64,000 nt of DNA, taken from NCBI GenBank assembly GCA_050916045.1, contig CP051526.1, positions 2,784,001 through 2,848,000 of the forward strand, in the 5' to 3' direction. How positions within the stretch are numbered: position 1 is the first letter of the stretch; every line of letters begins with the position of its first letter. The notes beneath the pieces were generated by a model. That model ran no database searches and was not told the DNA's origin. It worked only from the letters and a program-made list of their open reading frames with translations. The DNA is from Tepidisphaera sp. (GTDB taxonomy: Bacteria > Planctomycetota > Phycisphaerae > Phycisphaerales > UBA1924). The position numbers and the translations under genes were made by a program. Below are positions 36,701-46,491 of the stretch, piece by piece.

Positions 36701-39045
36701 TTGGCCACCGCCGGTCGCCGCATGTTGCACCCTTTGCAGAGGTCATGATCGCGGTAGGTGTCTCGCAACGCTCGGTACTCCGGGCCGCTCCAAATGCCCA
36801 TCAGCGACTTCTCGGTGAGGTTGCCAAACTCGCCGAGAAGTCGACGTTGAGCGTCGGGAGCACAGCAGGGATTGAAGCGGCCCTCTGCGCTGACCCAGGC
36901 TTCCTCACCCAGGAAGGGACAAGGGCCACCGGGGGCGATATCGTCGCGATGAGCCGGGTCGAGTTTGTGAATGTTCTCAAGCAAGACGCGCTGCCCGTTC
37001 GGCAGAGGATGATCGACCACGGCCCTTTCCGTCTCGTCCACGATCCGATGCCATCGCTCTACTGACTCCAGCGAGCGCCGCATTGACAGCCCTCGGATCT
37101 GTGTGAAATGCGCCCACAGGTGATGCCCCTTGACGCGGTCAACACCAATCGACGCGGCAAGCTTTACGAGGTCCGGCAACTCTGCCACGTTGTTGTCGAG
37201 GAACGTGGTCTGGAACGTGACCCTGCAGCGGTTGCCGCCATCGGCTGCGTAGGCATCACGGACAGCGACGAACTCCCGCACGTTGGCCAGCACCTGATCG
37301 AGCTTCGTACCGAGCATGATGGCTTCTTGCGTCGCCGCGTTCGCGCCGTTAATCGAGATCTTGACATCCGAGCAGACAGACACGAGCCGCTCGGCCCATC
37401 CGCGGGCTCCGCGCTTCGGGAACGTGCCATTGGTCGTCAGGTTCATCTGCACTCCGAACTCGTGGCACAGGTCAACGAACTCATCGAAGTGCTCATACAG
37501 GAGAGGCTCGCCCATGGTGCTCGGAATGACTTCCCGCAGTCGAGTGCCCCTGCAATTCTCAAGGACTCGCCTCACCATCGCGATGTCCATTCGGCGACGG
37601 GGGTTGCCCGCCGCGCGGCGCTGAGCCTGCAGAGTGCTGTGCGGCGAGTGCTCCTCACACATGATGCAGCGAAGGTTGCAGTCGTCCGGGTTCGTGTCAA
37701 AGGTGATTCGCCAAGGACCCGGCTTGGGCTCCACTGTCGAAGCGGGCCGGTGACCGAGCAACTCGCGATAGACCGCCTCAACCGCGAGAACGTGCTCTTG
37801 AACCGAGATCACGTCGCCTGATTCTGAGTAGAGGTAGCCTTGTTGCCCGAGGCGAACACCCAGATCCGGATCGTCCACCAGTCGCTGCATCTGTTCTGCG
37901 AGCGAACGCCGGTCACGGTGCTTGAAGAGCAGTCCGTTGTGCTCGTGGCGGACAAACTCGGCCATGCCGCCGACATCGGCCGTGATCACGGGAAGTCGAG
38001 ATTGCTGGGCTTCGTGGATCACCAGGGGGGAGTTCTCTTCCCAGATCGACGGCACCACGATCGCATCAACCTGATCAAAAACGTCGGGGACTATCCGTTC
38101 GTTCTGATACTCGCCCATCCATTGCACTCGCTCGCCCGCGCGATTTGGAAGGCTCGCAGCGATCCGTCGCAGCGAGGTGGTGTAGGGATCGCGTGGCCGC
38201 CCCCAGATCCGGAGGAGTGGCTCGCCCTGAAGCTGTGCGAACGCATCAACAAGATGGTGAATGCCCTTTGCGGGGATGTGTGTGCCAATGTAGCCGAGCA
38301 CAAACGAGCGCTCTCGCACTCGATTCCGACCCGTAAAGCGCGCGAGGTCAAACCCGTAGTCGAGAAGCGTCAGCTTGTTTGAAGACAGGCCGAACTCATC
38401 GCGAAAGCGACCCAGCAAGTGGCGGGATGGCGAGATGAACCGATCGACATGGCTCGCCATCTCGCGGACGTTCGCCATTCGCTGTTCGACCCAGGAGGTC
38501 CACCGATCGGCGTCGGCTTGGTAGTGCTCAGCTGCACCAGAAAAGTAGAGGGAGTAACACTTCTCTGCGCACTTGCGGTCCTGTTGCCCATCGCACAGCG
38601 GAAACGGCTCCTGCCCGCTCTCTGCAAAACGCTGGATGAACTGGCCACGAGGACACATCAACCAGAAGTCATGGAGCGTGTAGACCAGGGGCAGACCACG
38701 CTCGCGGATTGTCTTGAGGAGGGTTGTAGACAGGTGGGACACGTGATTCACGTGCACGACGTCGGGCGGGAACTCATCGAGCAGCCGCCGCAACTCCGTG
38801 TCAATCCCGTCGTATCGATAGCGATCTCGTGAGACCGCGTTGTTTACGACCCGCAACTGCACCCGTCGATCACCCAAGTCAGCTTCATCGACAGTGGCAA
38901 ACTGCGTGAGGAACGGGTCCTCTTGACGGGTGAAGACCCGTACTTCGTGCCGCTCAGCCAGCCCTCGCGCCAGCGCTTGGGTGTATACCTCCGAGCCGGC
39001 GTTGTACCTGGGGGGGTATCCGTGAATGACCAAGAGCACGCGCAT
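36697..39045 (-). CDS. GT4 glycosyltransferase fused to a radical SAM/SPASM domain
   Basis: MRVLLVIHGYPP, TLHDFWLMCPRG, PSIWEENSPLVIHEA; CNLRCIMC; C-terminal CPFL...NPCC...CKGC. Confidence 0.88.
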   Translation of the reverse strand: MRVLLVIHGYPPRYNAGSEVYTQALARGLAERHEVRVFTRQEDPFLTQFATVDEADLGDRRVQLRVVNNAVSRDRYRYDGIDTELRRLLDEFPPDVVHVNHVSHLSTTLLKTIRERGLPLVYTLHDFWLMCPRGQFIQRFAESGQEPFPLCDGQQDRKCAEKCYSLYFSGAAEHYQADADRWTSWVEQRMANVREMASHVDRFISPSRHLLGRFRDEFGLSSNKLTLLDYGFDLARFTGRNRVRERSFVLGYIGTHIPAKGIHHLVDAFAQLQGEPLLRIWGRPRDPYTTSLRRIAASLPNRAGERVQWMGEYQNERIVPDVFDQVDAIVVPSIWEENSPLVIHEAQQSRLPVITADVGGMAEFVRHEHNGLLFKHRDRRSLAEQMQRLVDDPDLGVRLGQQGYLYSESGDVISVQEHVLAVEAVYRELLGHRPASTVEPKPGPWRITFDTNPDDCNLRCIMCEEHSPHSTLQAQRRAAGNPRRRMDIAMVRRVLENCRGTRLREVIPSTMGEPLLYEHFDEFVDLCHEFGVQMNLTTNGTFPKRGARGWAERLVSVCSDVKISINGANAATQEAIMLGTKLDQVLANVREFVAVRDAYAADGGNRCRVTFQTTFLDNNVAELPDLVKLAASIGVDRVKGHHLWAHFTQIRGLSMRRSLESVERWHRIVDETERAVVDHPLPNGQRVLLENIHKLDPAHRDDIAPGGPCPFLGEEAWVSAEGRFNPCCAPDAQRRLLGEFGNLTEKSLMGIWSGPEYRALRDTYRDHDLCKGCNMRRPAVAK

Positions 39046-39152
39046 GCGGGATTGTACTTCTGTCGCCGAACAAAGTTCCCATTGCTGGCTGGTGTGGGGC
39101 ACCCCGAAGCTGAGCGGGTTGTGTCCGATTGCCCCAGAAATGCTTCCGTGAT

Positions 39153-39191
39153 TCGTGAACTGGGCATCCGACGGGTTAGGTGCTCTATGGC
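39153..39191 (+). promoter_or_regulatory. Conserved bipartite motif, copy 1 (putative element sigma promoter)
   Basis: tcgtgaac-N8-cgacgggttaggtgctctatggc; same boxes and spacing at 45967-46005. Confidence 0.55.
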
Positions 39192-39222
39192 GGGTCGCTG
39201 TTGACCCGCGAAGGAGCCGTTC

Positions 39223-39495
39223 GTGTCCCAGCAAGACCCTGTGGACTCCGCCGCCCAGCGGCGCGAGATCGTCATCGCCACGCTCGCGACCGCCGTGCAC
39301 CGTTGGCACCGCGAGCGGGTTCGGGCTGGCGTGCGCGCCGCGCGTGCGGCCAGCATCGCGATGGCGGAGCATCAACAACCCGAGAGTTCTCGACTTGACT
39401 GTGCGGAAGATGATCGCCCTGATCGTCCGCTTCCAACCGACACGGCCGCGCGGCATGTTGCGGGCGGGAACGACGGAGACCAGTCATGGCGATGA
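39223..39495 (+). CDS. Small hypothetical protein
   Basis: RBS aaggag; overlaps the DUF2924 start. Confidence 0.4.
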   Translation: MSQQDPVDSAAQRREIVIATLATAVHRWHRERVRAGVRAARAASIAMAEHQQPESSRLDCAEDDRPDRPLPTDTAARHVAGGNDGDQSWR

Positions 39496-40025
39496 ACATC
39501 TACGCGGAACTCAAACGACTCGGAACGCTCACCACGCCGCAGCTCCGCGCCAAGTACGCGGAGGTCTTCGGCGAGGCCACGCGCTGCAACAACCGACCGT
39601 ACCTGATCAAACGGATCTGTTGGCGACTCCAGGCCGACTCGGAGGGCGACCTCTCCGAGCGCGCCCGCCAGCGGGCGCTCGCGCTGGCCGACGATGCCGA
39701 CCTGCGGCTCCAGGCCCCTGCCGGCGCGGGGCCTGTCGCGATCGCTCCAGCGAGCCACGCAACGCCGCCGATCGTGTCGATCCGCATCCCCCGCAAGAGC
39801 ATCGAGCCCATGCCCGGCACGACGCTGTGGCGTGAGTACAAGGGCCGCATGATCGCCGTGATCGTCCTGCCCCGCGGGTTCGAGTACGAGGGCAAGGTCT
39901 ACCGGTCGCTCTCGGCGGTGGCCAACGCCATCACCGGCACGCACTGGAACGGCATGAAGTTCTTCGCCGAGTCGCTGGGCATGGCCGTTGGCGGAGCCCG
40001 CCACGCGGAGGTTGCCCAGGCATGA
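39486..40025 (+). CDS. DUF2924 domain protein
   Basis: PGTTLWREYKG...FEYEGKVYRSLSAVANAITGTHWNGMKFF signature; precedes the recombinase. Confidence 0.88.
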   Translation: MAMNIYAELKRLGTLTTPQLRAKYAEVFGEATRCNNRPYLIKRICWRLQADSEGDLSERARQRALALADDADLRLQAPAGAGPVAIAPASHATPPIVSIRIPRKSIEPMPGTTLWREYKGRMIAVIVLPRGFEYEGKVYRSLSAVANAITGTHWNGMKFFAESLGMAVGGARHAEVAQA

Positions 40026-41581
40026 GCACGTTCTCGATGTCATCCCGCAGGTACGCGAGCGGCGAGCAGCCCCGCAAGAGCCCGCTCATTCGCTGCGCGA
40101 TCTACACCCGCAAGAGCAGCGAGGAGGGCCTGGAACAGGAGTTCAACTCGCTCGACGCCCAGCGCGAAAGCGGCGAGGCGTACATCGCCAGCCAGAAGGC
40201 TGAGGGGTGGGTGTGCCTCCCCGACAAGTACGACGACGGCGGCTACACGGGCGGCAACATGGAACGCCCCGCCGTGCAGCGTCTGATGGCCGACATCGAC
40301 GCGGGCAAGGTCGACTGCGTCGTGGTCTACAAGGTGGACCGCCTCAGCCGCTCGCTGATGGACTTTGCCCGCATGATGGAGGTCTTCGACCGCAAGAAGA
40401 TCTCGTTCGTCTCGGTCACGCAGCAGTTCAACACGACGCAGTCGATGGGGCGGCTCACGCTGAACATCCTGCTGTCGTTCGCGCAGTTCGAGCGGGAGAT
40501 CATCTCCGAGCGCACCCGCGACAAGATCGCGGCCACGCGCAGGAAGGGCAAGTGGTTCGGCGGCAAGCCGATCCTGGGCTACGACCTGGTGGCCGGCAAA
40601 CTCGTCGTCAACCGCGACGAGGCGTTCCGCGTGCGCGAGATCTTCGCGATCTACGTCGACACCCGCTCGGTGCGCCAGACCACGCTGGAGGCGGTGCGGC
40701 GGGGATGGACGACCAAGGGCTGGACGCAGAAGGACGGCAAGTGCGTCGGCGGGCTCCCGCTCACCAACCCCTACGTGCACCGCATCCTCACCAGCGTGTC
40801 GTACCTGGGCAAGGTCCAGCACCACGACCAGATTTACGACGGCGAGCAGGAGGCCATCATCGATCCGGCGCTGTGGAAGCGGGCGGCCGCGATCCTCGAG
40901 GCCAACGGCCGCGACAAGGGCAGCGATGTCCGCAACGTTCACAGCGGCCTGCTCAAGGGGCTTGTTCGCTGCTGCAACTGCGACAAGCCGATGGCGCACA
41001 CGTTCACGACCAAGTCGGGCAAGCGGACCTACCGCTACTACGTGTGCCACGTCGCCCAGAGCAGCGGCTACCACGCGTGCCCGTCCAAATCTGTGCCGGC
41101 GGAACAGATCGAGTCCTTCGTGGTCGACCGTCTCCAGGCGCTCGGCCGCGACCGCGAACTGGTGAGCATGATCTTGGATCGCGCCCGGGCCGAGTCCCGC
41201 GAGGTCATGGAGCAGCTCAAGGACCGCAAGACGACGCTGGAGCGCGAACTGCGGTGGCTGGCCAGCGACGAGCGGCGCGCGGGGGCCGCGAGCGACGCCG
41301 ACCGCCTCGCGGACCTGGCCGAACGCCAGCGCCAGATCGCCGAGCAGGTCCGCGAGATCGAGGGCGAGATCGAGGAGGCGACCCGCGATGAACTCCGCCG
41401 CGACGAGGTCGACGCCGCCTTCGCCGAGTTCCGGCCGCTGTGGGACCAGCTCAACACGCGCGAGCGGACCGAGCTTCTTCGATCCGTCATCAAGAGCGTC
41501 GAGTTCGACGGCAAGGCCGGCGAGGTCACGCTGGTCTTTCACCCCGAGATGTCCCGCCTCGCCGAGGAGAACGCGCCATGA
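40022..41581 (+). CDS. Large serine recombinase (integrase)
   Basis: AIYTRKSS catalytic Ser, VDRLSRS, FAQFERE; Zn ribbon CCNC...YYVC...C; coiled coil. Confidence 0.93.
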   Translation: MSTFSMSSRRYASGEQPRKSPLIRCAIYTRKSSEEGLEQEFNSLDAQRESGEAYIASQKAEGWVCLPDKYDDGGYTGGNMERPAVQRLMADIDAGKVDCVVVYKVDRLSRSLMDFARMMEVFDRKKISFVSVTQQFNTTQSMGRLTLNILLSFAQFEREIISERTRDKIAATRRKGKWFGGKPILGYDLVAGKLVVNRDEAFRVREIFAIYVDTRSVRQTTLEAVRRGWTTKGWTQKDGKCVGGLPLTNPYVHRILTSVSYLGKVQHHDQIYDGEQEAIIDPALWKRAAAILEANGRDKGSDVRNVHSGLLKGLVRCCNCDKPMAHTFTTKSGKRTYRYYVCHVAQSSGYHACPSKSVPAEQIESFVVDRLQALGRDRELVSMILDRARAESREVMEQLKDRKTTLERELRWLASDERRAGAASDADRLADLAERQRQIAEQVREIEGEIEEATRDELRRDEVDAAFAEFRPLWDQLNTRERTELLRSVIKSVEFDGKAGEVTLVFHPEMSRLAEENAP

Positions 41582-42054
41582 GCCACGCCGACCGCGCCAC
41601 GTACAAGGTTCAGTTCGACAACGGTCGCACCGGCAACCGGCAGGCGCGCGTCGGGTCGGTCCCGGCGTTGCCGCCGCCGGGGCCAGCACGCATCCCCCGC
41701 GTCGCCAGGCTCATGGCGCTGGCGATCCGGTTCGATGGGCTGGTGCGGAGCGGGCAGGTGAAGGACTTCGCCCAGATCGCGAGGCTCGGGTACGTCACGC
41801 GCGGGCGGCTCAGCCAGATCATGGACCTGGCGAATCTGGCCCCGGACATTCAGGAGGAACTGCTGTTCCTCGAGCCGGCCAAAGCGGGCAAGGACGCGGT
41901 CACCGAGCGGCACCTGAGGCCGATCACCCGGCACACCGAATGGGCCTCCCAGCGACGGCTCTGGCGGACGCTCATCAAGCGGGAAGAAGCGGTCCCGCCG
42001 CCACCCCCGTGCGGGGTTGTTGCCACCCGGTCAAGAGTGGCGAAAGTGCTGTAA
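41578..42054 (+). CDS. Hypothetical recombinase-associated HTH protein
   Basis: ARLGYVTRGRLSQIMDLANLAPDIQEELL; 4-nt overlap with the recombinase. Confidence 0.7.
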   Translation: MSHADRATYKVQFDNGRTGNRQARVGSVPALPPPGPARIPRVARLMALAIRFDGLVRSGQVKDFAQIARLGYVTRGRLSQIMDLANLAPDIQEELLFLEPAKAGKDAVTERHLRPITRHTEWASQRRLWRTLIKREEAVPPPPPCGVVATRSRVAKVL

Positions 42055-42193
42055 ATCAGGCGTTTTGTGGACCACATGAGGTAAACCTGTCGGACCCTGA
42101 CAAATACCTTTTCTCAGCATGTTGTTTGGTCTACACTCGGGTCAACCGCCCCGGGTGGAATCCGGGGCTTCCTCGTAGGCGGAGACCGGATTT

Positions 42194-43360
42194 ATGAGCA
42201 GTCTTTCGTTTCGTCGGTTTACAAGCGCGTACGCGCTGCGGGAAGTCGACCCCGCCGTCCTGATCGACTTCATGCGGCCGCACGCCGCGTTCCTTGCCGC
42301 GAGCGGCGTCATGCTGCCGACCGACCCGGCGCACCTCGACATCGAGCGCGTCGAGATCGCCTTGCTGACCAACGTCGGCGGGCTCCCGGTCGAGCTGGTC
42401 GACGCCCTGTGGCACCTGCACGAGATGGCCACGCCGCTCGGGATGGAGTCGCTGCTGGCCGCCGCGCAGGCAGCCGGGCTCGAGCTTCCCGTCGACCACC
42501 TCTCGCCGGCGGACATCGCGGCCCGCGTCTGGGTCGAGAACCCCGACCTGGTGCGGCGCTGCCACACCGAGATCTCCGTCTCGCGCCGGCGCTCGTTTGA
42601 GACGTTCGTCCCTGCGCGCGGCGCAACGCTCGCGTGGGCAACGCCGGGGCCGGACCGTCTGGCGGCGCTGGAGGCGGGCGTCGTCGCGTGGTACGCGGCC
42701 CACCGCCGCGGCCCGGGGGCGCGGGTGCTCTTCTTCGACCACGGTGACGAGGTGCGTTTCCTCGTGCGTCACGGCGGCCCGTATCGCCGCGAGGGGAGCC
42801 TTGACGAGGGACGGCCCGGGTGCGTCCGCTACCGGCCGATGGCCCATGGCCTGATTGTCTTCGACCGCCGCACCTGGGAACTGCGCATCAACGCAGGGAC
42901 CAAGGGCGAGTGCGCCGCGTACCGCCAGCTCATCGGCCAGCACATCTTTGGCCGCGCCGACATGTTCCCCGCCGACCCCGACCGCTACGACCTGGAGCCG
43001 CTGCGGGCGCGTGGCCGGAGCAGCCTGATCTGCGCGCACATCACGGGCCTGGCGTCGGTGCGGCTGGTCGAGCTCACGATGTACGTGGGCGGCCCGTTCC
43101 ACCGCCGCAAGGTGGAGACGGCCGACGACGTGCTGCTGGCGCTCGAGCACGCCCGCGAGTCGATCCCCGACGATGCGCTGCTCAGCGCCGCCACGTTCGA
43201 GGTGCGGTTCACCGATGGCCGCAAGCCCAGGCCGGTCACCATCCGGCATGGCAACAAGGCGACGTACACACGCGACACCGACGCCGATCTGATCGAGGCG
43301 TTTCTGCGCGGCGGAGGCTTTGTGAAGGGAGGCGGCCATGCGCTTGTGGCAGTCGCTTGA
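42194..43360 (+). CDS. Hypothetical protein
   Basis: 388 aa with strong GC3 bias. Confidence 0.7.
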   Translation: MSSLSFRRFTSAYALREVDPAVLIDFMRPHAAFLAASGVMLPTDPAHLDIERVEIALLTNVGGLPVELVDALWHLHEMATPLGMESLLAAAQAAGLELPVDHLSPADIAARVWVENPDLVRRCHTEISVSRRRSFETFVPARGATLAWATPGPDRLAALEAGVVAWYAAHRRGPGARVLFFDHGDEVRFLVRHGGPYRREGSLDEGRPGCVRYRPMAHGLIVFDRRTWELRINAGTKGECAAYRQLIGQHIFGRADMFPADPDRYDLEPLRARGRSSLICAHITGLASVRLVELTMYVGGPFHRRKVETADDVLLALEHARESIPDDALLSAATFEVRFTDGRKPRPVTIRHGNKATYTRDTDADLIEAFLRGGGFVKGGGHALVAVA

Positions 43361-44363
43361 GCGGGTGCAGGGCTGGGCCGGCGTGCGGTCGGTCTGGCGC
43401 GAGCACATGGGTGACGACCTGCAGTTCCTCCAGCCGCTGCTGCGGCCGATGGAGGAGCTCGCCATGTCGGTGCCGTGGCCGGGCACGATCGAGGGCCGCA
43501 AGGTGGTGGTCCACGACGAGGACGACATCGTCGCGGTCGATCCCGAGACGTGCGAGTCCGCACCGATCCGCCGCGACGACATCGTGCTGTGGCAGCTCGA
43601 CGCGGACACGCTCTTCCGGGGCGTCTCGACGGCGCTGGGCCTGACGGGTACGCCCTCGTCGGTGGGGATGGGCAACAGGCTCTGGTGGCTGGGTGAACTC
43701 ATCGTCGCCGACGCCACCTTCGCTGTGTACCTGGCCACGACGCGGAGCGCCGCCGATCTGCTCCGCAGCACAGCGCACATCGCGGCATGGTCGCAGCGAC
43801 CGTTCGTGCTGGTCACGCCGACCCGTAGCGGCAGCAGCGACGAACTGGACCGGCTCCTCGCCGGGCGTGAGGCCGCGCGGCTCACGCTCGACGGCTCGCT
43901 GGAGTGGCTCGGGGAGGGCGCGTTTCGCGCTACGCGATCCTTGCCCGATTGCCTGGAGTCGTTCCTGGCTCGTCACGCACGGCCGAAAACGACCGCAAAG
44001 CAGCCCAAGAAGTTCCCAACGCCCCGAGGTTCAACGTGGTCCGATGTGTCCATTCGCTTCCTCGGCGCGGAGAGTGCTCACGTCACTGTGCGTGGGGATG
44101 TTCGGGAGCTTGATCCCGCGGGCATGAACCTGCTCGATGGGCGGACCAAGAAGCCCAATCTCCAGTGGCAGCTGCTCCATGCGTTCGGCTTGGCCAACGG
44201 TCACATCAGCTGGAAGAAGGGCAACGCGTCCAAGGAGTATCAGAAGCGCAAGGAGACGCTCGCCAAGTCGCTGACTGCGTTCTTTGGGATCGAGGGCGAG
44301 CCGATCGTCCTCGACGGGAAGGACTGGAAGTGCTGCTTCCGAGTGGACGCGAGCGACGGTTGA
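43338..44363 (+). CDS. Hypothetical protein, possible C-terminal winged HTH
   Basis: 341 aa; RBS ggagg; overlaps the upstream gene. Confidence 0.65.
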   Translation: MRLWQSLERVQGWAGVRSVWREHMGDDLQFLQPLLRPMEELAMSVPWPGTIEGRKVVVHDEDDIVAVDPETCESAPIRRDDIVLWQLDADTLFRGVSTALGLTGTPSSVGMGNRLWWLGELIVADATFAVYLATTRSAADLLRSTAHIAAWSQRPFVLVTPTRSGSSDELDRLLAGREAARLTLDGSLEWLGEGAFRATRSLPDCLESFLARHARPKTTAKQPKKFPTPRGSTWSDVSIRFLGAESAHVTVRGDVRELDPAGMNLLDGRTKKPNLQWQLLHAFGLANGHISWKKGNASKEYQKRKETLAKSLTAFFGIEGEPIVLDGKDWKCCFRVDASDG

Positions 44364-44684
44364 TTACCGTGCGGCCATCTCGGCCAGGTGCTCAATCTCA
44401 AGCTCGCGTCCGTCGGCGAACTTCGCGGTCAGGTGGAGTTCGCCCCCGAGCGCCTCGACGTACTTGCGGAGCGTCGTGAGGTACATGTCGGCGGCGTTCT
44501 CAAACTTGGACACGCTTCCCTGGGCGACATCCAGTTTGCTGGCCAGATCGGCCTGCGTCATGCCGATCGCCTTGCGGATCTCCGCCAGCGGCATCGTCTG
44601 GAGCGTCGCCTTGACGCGCGCGTCAACGCGCGCCTGTGCCTGCGGGCTCATCTTTCGCTTCAGGTTGTTCCACTTGTTGGCCAT
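44364..44684 (-). CDS. XRE-HTH antitoxin (HigA-like)
   Basis: LAEIRKAIGMTQADLASKLDVAQGSVSKFE...LRKYVEALGG; downstream of the toxin gene. Confidence 0.85.
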   Translation of the reverse strand: MANKWNNLKRKMSPQAQARVDARVKATLQTMPLAEIRKAIGMTQADLASKLDVAQGSVSKFENAADMYLTTLRKYVEALGGELHLTAKFADGRELEIEHLAEMAAR

Positions 44685-44699
44685 TGCTGTGCTCCGAGT

Positions 44700-45059
44700 T
44701 CAGATCAGTCCTTCACGCTTCAGCTCTGCGAGGTGCTCGTCGTAGAGGTCGTCGGCTTGGGGGATGAGCTTGTCGTAGAACCGCTTGTTCCCTGTCTTGT
44801 TGCCCCCGATGAGCAGGATCGCGCACCGGCGTGGGTCAAAGGCAAACAAAGTGCGATACGGCTCACCATCGTGCTGCGTCCGAAGTTCCTTCATGTTGGC
44901 GTGTCGCGAGCCTTTCAGCGTGTCCACTTGCGGCCGCCCAAGCCCGGGCCCGACCGCCTCCAGAATCCCGATGTCGTGGGCGATCGATTCCTGAACATCC
45001 TCGGGGAGGGTTTGCCACCACGCCCCGAACTCGTCCGTGTACTCGACTTCCCACATCAC
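44700..45059 (-). CDS. RelE/ParE-superfamily (HigB/Gp49-like) toxin
   Basis: GPGLGRPQVDTLKGSRHANMKELR...FAFDPRRCAILLIGGNK. Confidence 0.88.
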   Translation of the reverse strand: MMWEVEYTDEFGAWWQTLPEDVQESIAHDIGILEAVGPGLGRPQVDTLKGSRHANMKELRTQHDGEPYRTLFAFDPRRCAILLIGGNKTGNKRFYDKLIPQADDLYDEHLAELKREGLI

Positions 45060-45450
45060 AGTATTCCATATCGGCTATATTCGTCAAGGCGCATGTTCGG
45101 GTTCGGACCAAATCGCGTTTTCCGCAGCCGTTTTTGCGGGCTGAACACCCGATTATCGGCCTTGCGCGCCGCGTCCGCCACGCCCGGGGCAGCCATCCTG
45201 ACGCCCCATCGAGTTTTCGATGACGAGCCGCGCGGATTCGCTGAGAATTTCTGACGCGCCGCCCTGCCCGGATTCCCTGGCCAATGAGCCCCTTCCGCAC
45301 GGTCGGCAAGCCCAGTCACGGGCATGCAAATCGAGTTTTCGCCAGTCGAGGACGACAGGCCCGCATCCAACGCCAATCCCGCCCCGGTGAGCTCTTCGCC
45401 GGACCTGTCGCTCCCCGGGGCCTTCTGGCCATGCCAGGAAGGTCCGGCCC

Positions 45451-45972
45451 ATGTCGACTCGCGCCATCGATCCATCCACCCTCAAGTTCGCCAAGTCCCT
45501 CGTTCGCATCAAGGCCAAGCAACTCCTCCGCATCATCCGGGACGCCGCGACCAGTAGCCAGCAGGACCTGGAGCAGGACCTCCTCCTGGAAGTGGTCGTC
45601 CGCTGGCCCGGCTTTGATCCCAATCGCGGCAACGCTGAGGCGTTTGTCGAGAGCGTCGTCCGCGCCAAGCTTTGCAAGATGCTCCGCGACGCAAAGCGGG
45701 CCAAGCGGGTTCCGGGCCCGACCGTCAGCGCCGACGGCGGCGACGCGATCGATCCCGCCGACGATCTCCGCGTCCTGTGCATCCGCATGGACGTCGAGAC
45801 GGTCGTTGGCAAGCTCGACGCCGTGAAGCGCAGCGTGTGCGATCAGCTGCTGCGCGAGTCAGTGAGCGAGGCGGCGCGCCAGCTCCGCACGCCGCGCTCC
45901 ACGCTGGAGTACGCGGTGAACAGCGTGCGCGATCGCTTCGAGAAATCAGATGTTGATCAGTATTTCTCGTGA
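45451..45972 (+). CDS. Sigma-70/ECF-like factor
   Basis: QDLEQDLLL...FDPNRG..EAFV region-2-like segment; C-terminal HTH SVSEAARQLRTPRSTL. Confidence 0.7.
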   Translation: MSTRAIDPSTLKFAKSLVRIKAKQLLRIIRDAATSSQQDLEQDLLLEVVVRWPGFDPNRGNAEAFVESVVRAKLCKMLRDAKRAKRVPGPTVSADGGDAIDPADDLRVLCIRMDVETVVGKLDAVKRSVCDQLLRESVSEAARQLRTPRSTLEYAVNSVRDRFEKSDVDQYFS

Positions 45973-46005
45973 ACACGTCACGCGACGGGTTAGGTGCTCT
46001 ATGGC
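45967..46005 (+). promoter_or_regulatory. Conserved bipartite motif, copy 2
   Basis: Exact 23-bp match plus the upstream tcgtgaac box to 39153-39191; overlaps the sigma stop codon. Confidence 0.55.
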
Positions 46006-46039
46006 AGCACCGCAATCCTTGCCGCCCTCGGAGATCACC

Positions 46040-46372
46040 ATGAACACCACGCCCCGCACTGTCTACCGATTCGAGTTCGTGCACCGCGTCGACATCGACG
46101 AAGTCGAGCAGACCCTCGCTCTATCCATCCTGGCCGTCGGGTGCCTGCAGGGCGAGGCCGCCGTTCGCCTGGACGCGGGCTACGCCATCGACCGAGACCG
46201 CCGTGTGATCGTCGTCGACGGCGACACGGAGACCGGGCGGGCGGTGACCCGCGTCTTCACCGGCTTCTGCATCCACGAGTACGGCGACGACGCCTTCAGC
46301 GTGCGCAGACCCGGCGACAAGAGCCCACGCGGCGGTGCTGCCGCCGAAGTCCCTGTGAGCGCGGTGGCGTGA
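46040..46372 (+). CDS. Hypothetical phage protein
   Basis: RBS ggag; 110 aa; typical codon usage. Confidence 0.6.
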   Translation: MNTTPRTVYRFEFVHRVDIDEVEQTLALSILAVGCLQGEAAVRLDAGYAIDRDRRVIVVDGDTETGRAVTRVFTGFCIHEYGDDAFSVRRPGDKSPRGGAAAEVPVSAVA

Positions 46373-46491
46373 GCCGCCGCACAAGCACCATCTCCTCCGA
46401 CCTGCCGCTCGTGCGGCTTGGCCAGGGCGCGTTCACCCGCGACATCTGGCCCGAAGACCTCGACCCCTCAATCCCCAAGCACGGAGTTCGC

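Noticed and set aside
39010..39016. G7 tract near the 5' end of the GT4-rSAM gene as a phase-variation site
   Set aside because: Short, encodes the YPP motif, and similar runs occur in kdpC and kdpD.
45061..45087. Sigma-70 promoter for the RelE/XRE pair (TTGACG on the minus strand)
   Set aside because: The best -10 candidate lies too close to the start codon to call with confidence.
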